DNA of 64,000 nt from Eledone cirrhosa. Its lineage: Eukaryota. Below are positions 59,811 through 64,000 of this stretch, in pieces (position 1 is the first letter of the stretch; the number at the start of each line of letters is the position of its first letter). The stretch covers positions 158,596,001-158,660,000 of the forward strand of contig OZ024742.1 of NCBI GenBank assembly GCA_964016885.1. Reading direction: 5' to 3'. Below the pieces are notes generated by a model. The model made no database searches. It was not told where the DNA came from and saw nothing but the letters and a program-made list of their open reading frames with translations. The translations under genes and the position numbers were made by a program.

Positions 59811-62390
59811 GAGTCTGAACGGACGTCTTTTTGCTCGCTCCCGTAAGTTCACTTATTTACCTATCAAAACTGATTTATTGAATTTTTTGTTGTTGTGTAA
59901 GGCATACAAGCATTGGCTCCCAACTGTCAGCTTCGTATTTGTGCAGGTTGTTTTTCTCCATCTGAACACAGTCCTCTATGCTGATAAGACCTCTTCCACC
60001 TTCAGATCTCCTTAAGTAGAGTCTATCGACATCACTCCTCTTGTGGAACATGTTGTAGATAGTCATTAGCTTGCTAGTCTTCTTATCCATTTCTTTTTGT
60101 TCAGCAACATTGCATTTCAGAATTCCCGCACTGTACATAATAATAGATACAGCTCGGGAATTCACTGCACTTATGGCATTCCTACTATTTAGATGTGATT
60201 TTAATACGCTCCTTACTCTCCGAATGTATTCAGATCTTATCAATTCCTTCATTTTTTTTGTTTTTGATGTCATCTGCCTCCAGAACACCTAAATATGTGT
60301 ATCCCTCTTCAGTCTCAATTTAATTTATCATCTCACCTTTGGTACCTGGATTCCGTTGCTTCATCACAAGGACTCCACACTTATTAACACCAAATTCCAT
60401 ACATATATCATTTCTGAAAATACGGACAGTGTCAACAAGTACATCCAACTCCTTCTTACTCTTCCCAAAGAGTTTAAGATCATCCATGAAGGGGAGGTGG
60501 TCGATGGTAAGCTCTCCTTTTCCCAACTTGTATCCTGCTCTCACTTTTCGAAATATCTGCCACCTTGAAGATCTCTAGGCTTTTGGTTTTCCAAGAATGA
60601 GGTACTATGTCGAATGCCTTTTTGTAATCTATCCATCTCATGCAAGACCAGTGTGCTTCCTCTTGCAATTCCTCATTAACATCTTATCAATAAGTAACTG
60701 GTCTTTTGTACCACGAGACTTCTTTCGGCATCTTTTCTGTTCGTCCCGTAACAAGTTGTTTATGTGGAGGTGATGGTAGATTTCCTCAGACATAATGCTT
60801 GTTAACGGCTTCCACATTACGGACAGACATGTGATAGGTCTATAGTTGGTAACATCATTACCCTTGATTCGGTCTTTCATTACCAGAACTGTGGTACCTT
60901 TTGTCAACCACTCTGGTACCTCACCTGACATCAAGTAGTCATTGAACATGGTTGTCAGTTTCGGGTGGAGGGATGTTATATTTTTAATCCAATACCCTTG
61001 CACACCATCTGGGCCTGGTGATTTCCAGTTGGTTAGTTTTTTGGCCTGCCCTTTAAGAGTTTCAACTGTGATACTCAAATCAGTTTGTTGGTGCGCTTGC
61101 TCACTAATCTCCTTTTGTACTGTCTCAATCCACACTGCCTGACTATTATGTTCAACATCATACTCCCATATTCCTCTCCAGAATGTCTTAGTTTGTTCCG
61201 CCTCAGGGATCACGTCGTTGCCTCTTTCTTTCCCTTCAAGCTGTCCAAACAACATCTTCTGGTTGTGGTCAAACATGCGGTTCTGTCTATACTGACTAAC
61301 TCTCTTCTCATAACGCCTAATCTTTGCACTTTTTGTTACAATGCGTTGCTTCAGTCCCTCTATGATAACATTTAGCTCTTTCCCCCTAGTTTTGTATTTT
61401 ATTTTCAATCTATCTTTAGTGTCTATGTTTTGTAAAGTCCCATTCAGTAAAGGCTCAAGCTTTCCAATGTCTTTTCTCATTTCCTTGATTTGACCATTCA
61501 GTCGTTTCTTCCACCAAGGTTCTTATCTTTCTTGTTTGTTGTTTCCTCTCGTTTTTATACCAAGTAATTTCCTCACTGCATTTGCGGTTGCTTTGAGGAT
61601 ATTGTTGCATTGGTGAAGGTTCCTCGCCTCAAGGTATGGGATGACTTTGTTTACCTTAGCTGTTGTTTCTTTTAACTTTTTCCTGTCTACAAATCTTAGG
61701 TTCATAGGTTTTCCACTATCATTGTTCATTTCATCTACCACTAAGTTCAGGATATCAACCAAATCTTGCCCTCGCCCGTCAGCATTCATTTCCTCAATGG
61801 CCGTATCTTTGTTCCAGATGTTATTTATTTCAGCATTCAGATCATTGTCTGCTTCGGATGCTTCCTCAGGTCTCTCAACCTCTTCACCTGCATTTCCCAC
61901 TGGCTCGTTTGCCTGATATACTCCACTCTCCATTTCCAACTTAATCTCTCTGCTCAATTCCTCCAGTTCCAACTCGCTAATCCATCCATTAGTTCTTATT
62001 ACCCGAGCCTGTCCGGCCAATTTTTGTTCACCTAATTTAAATAGACCAATCTCGTTCCAGATGTTTTGCATCCGTTTCCTATAGTCTTTTTCCATGGGGT
62101 TACTCTTCAGGTAACATTCCATGTCAGTTCTATTCAATTCTTTCGTCCAGTTTGTTCTCGTCCCATTCCTTCTTCCTCCTCCAACAGTATTTGGATGACA
62201 GCCAGGTCCTTGCTGCTGGGCCAGGGAGCACTTGCTGGGTTAGAGTCTTTCACGTGACGTTCCAGTCTCCTTTTCACCGTTATTCGAACTGATTAGGTTC
62301 GACATTTAAACACACATATCGAGGATTGGTGAATGTATGGTTATATAACCACCGGTCATTTTAGCGTGGCACCATCACCTTGTAGACGAA
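59811..62390 (-). mobile_element. R4/Dong-clade non-LTR retrotransposon, internally deleted (lacks the RT QGD motif and most of the CCHC/RLE region), ending in (AAT)n
   Basis: ATG at 62305, NWTKELN..MECY..YRKRM..W, NWKSPGPDGVQGYWIK, NYRPITCL, SRGTKDQLLID, WIDYKKAFD, FMDDLKL, DVDRLYL.RSEGGRGL. Confidence 0.85.
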
Positions 62391-64000
62391 AATAAATAAA
62401 TAAACAAATATAAAAATGATAACACTAACGAAATATTTGATTTTAACCTTGTTACGATTGGAACAATCTAGAACCAAGACAACTAAAAAATAACGAACTA
62501 AAGAAAATGTGTGCAACAAAAATACTAGATGTGTGGATTAGAATAACCGTTCATCGCCATTACCAATTATTTAAAGGACTCTATAATAGAACAGTTCACA
62601 ATAATTGCTAAACGCTGGAATTAAATTCAGCAGTGTCTCATTTTGTGAAGTGTTAAACTTGTAAATGAGAGCAAATTTAGATATTTTAATGTAATTAAGT
62701 AATTTTCTGCTACAAAAGCAAGACTTTCAACAAACGCAGTTTTCGAAAAACGTTTCATTAACGTCAACCATATATTATTTGATATTAACATATTTATATT
62801 AACAAAACACCTGGCAACAAAACGAGAAAAATTAATGAGAAAAAAGTAAAAAGTGAAGAGAAAACGCCACACTCCTGCCACATACGCTTCGTGTAAAAGA
62901 TGATAAAAGCAGTGCCGTGATACATAATCCAAACTATATCACGGGGTTCCTACCTCTGGTGGAATGTCCTTCCTCTAATTTTGTGGAGGAAAACGGCTGT
63001 CCGGGGACCGAGGACACCGGAGGTTTGACTGTGAACTACACGAAAAGGAGTTAATTGGTCAAATTCCTGTACTTTTATATATTCTGATACTCTGCGTCAC
63101 GAGGGGGGGAGAAACCACGAGGCTGGAGCCGAAGAACATTGAAGGGAGTGGCGTCCCAGATTCGTACATTTAATTACTTTTGAAACATAGGCCCAAAACT
63201 ACTTGCAGTTGCGTTTTATATAGCACTATGGTGTTTATATAGATACAAGCATGTATGATTGTGTATTTTCTGTGTAAGCATGTGTGTTAATCTATGTAAG
63301 GATATGTGTAAATTCACGTGTCTGTGAGTGAGTGTGTGTTTTCATGTAAGTGTGTGCGTATGTCTATATTTAATCATATATGTATATCTATACACATAGA
63401 ACATTCTTAACTAAGGGGTATAAGACTAGCTATGCTAATATGCATTTCCGTATGAATATATGCTTCTCCGTCATTGTCATTCTGTATATTTTTATCTGTT
63501 AATATTTGTATACCCATAGTTCCTTGACTGGGTGTAAATTTGCAACTTTATTTGCATCTAACTCTGAATACTTGGTTATGTATGTGCAGTATGCACGTAT
63601 CCGGGACCTACACCTCGTTGTTTGTACTGATATATGACATTATATTCCACTGTCGATATCAGTTTGTGTGTGCATATATGTTCTTATGTGTACGAGATTG
63701 TATGTACAACAGCATATGTGCGCATGGATAGATATATATATGCACCTAGATTTCTACATAGATGGAGTCCATCCTCTTTCCATTACACACCTTTCGTGGA
63801 GTCCGACACACATTATTCTAACGCAAATACTATGACATTTATATAGAGACTTCTAGGCAACAAGAAACTGTCCATTGTTACAATACTCCTGCAGAACCTT
63901 CCACAACAAGCAGTATCTCTACATCTCAATGTAAAAACACATAGCACAGATCTTACCGGAGGGGTGGGGTTAACAAGGATATTCCTCTATCCTTAGAGCA

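Noticed and set aside
62306-62390. HDV-like ribozyme in the R4/Dong 5' UTR
   Set aside because: Only a GGTGA/TCACC stem is visible; I could not build the nested double pseudoknot.

Overview
AT-rich, microsatellite-dense animal DNA. The abundant (TA)n tracts and the SINE types suggest an octopus or other cephalopod, which is an inference. I found no supportable host exon; nearly all listed ORFs are microsatellite translations. The window is dominated by retroelement debris: several Penelope-like element (PLE) remnants (two Naiad-type with a CxC-x5-C-x5-C linker, plus Neptune/Nematis-type GIY-YIG fragments), a 5'-truncated Tx1-like LINE, a deleted R4/Dong-like element, an RTE 3' end, many tRNA-derived SINEs and a few MITEs. 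The main find is a 5.06-kb near-perfect array of a non-coding 310-bp unit at 14251-19314. Each unit carries an intact type I hammerhead ribozyme (17 copies in total). The array is a fold-back (about 4.6 units inverted plus about 11.75 forward, 12-nt spacer) inserted in (TA)n, and looks like a very young retrozyme-like insertion copied from a circular or multimeric RNA. A diverged sister monomer with a different hammerhead (about 51.6-52.0 kb) and a second 417-bp hammerhead family (44 kb and 12.5 kb) share the design. About a dozen further hammerhead-like motifs, many small fold-backs, and a two-hairpin (TACTC...GAGTR) 3'-terminal motif shared by unrelated PLE tails point to a (TA)n-targeted PLE/retrozyme system.
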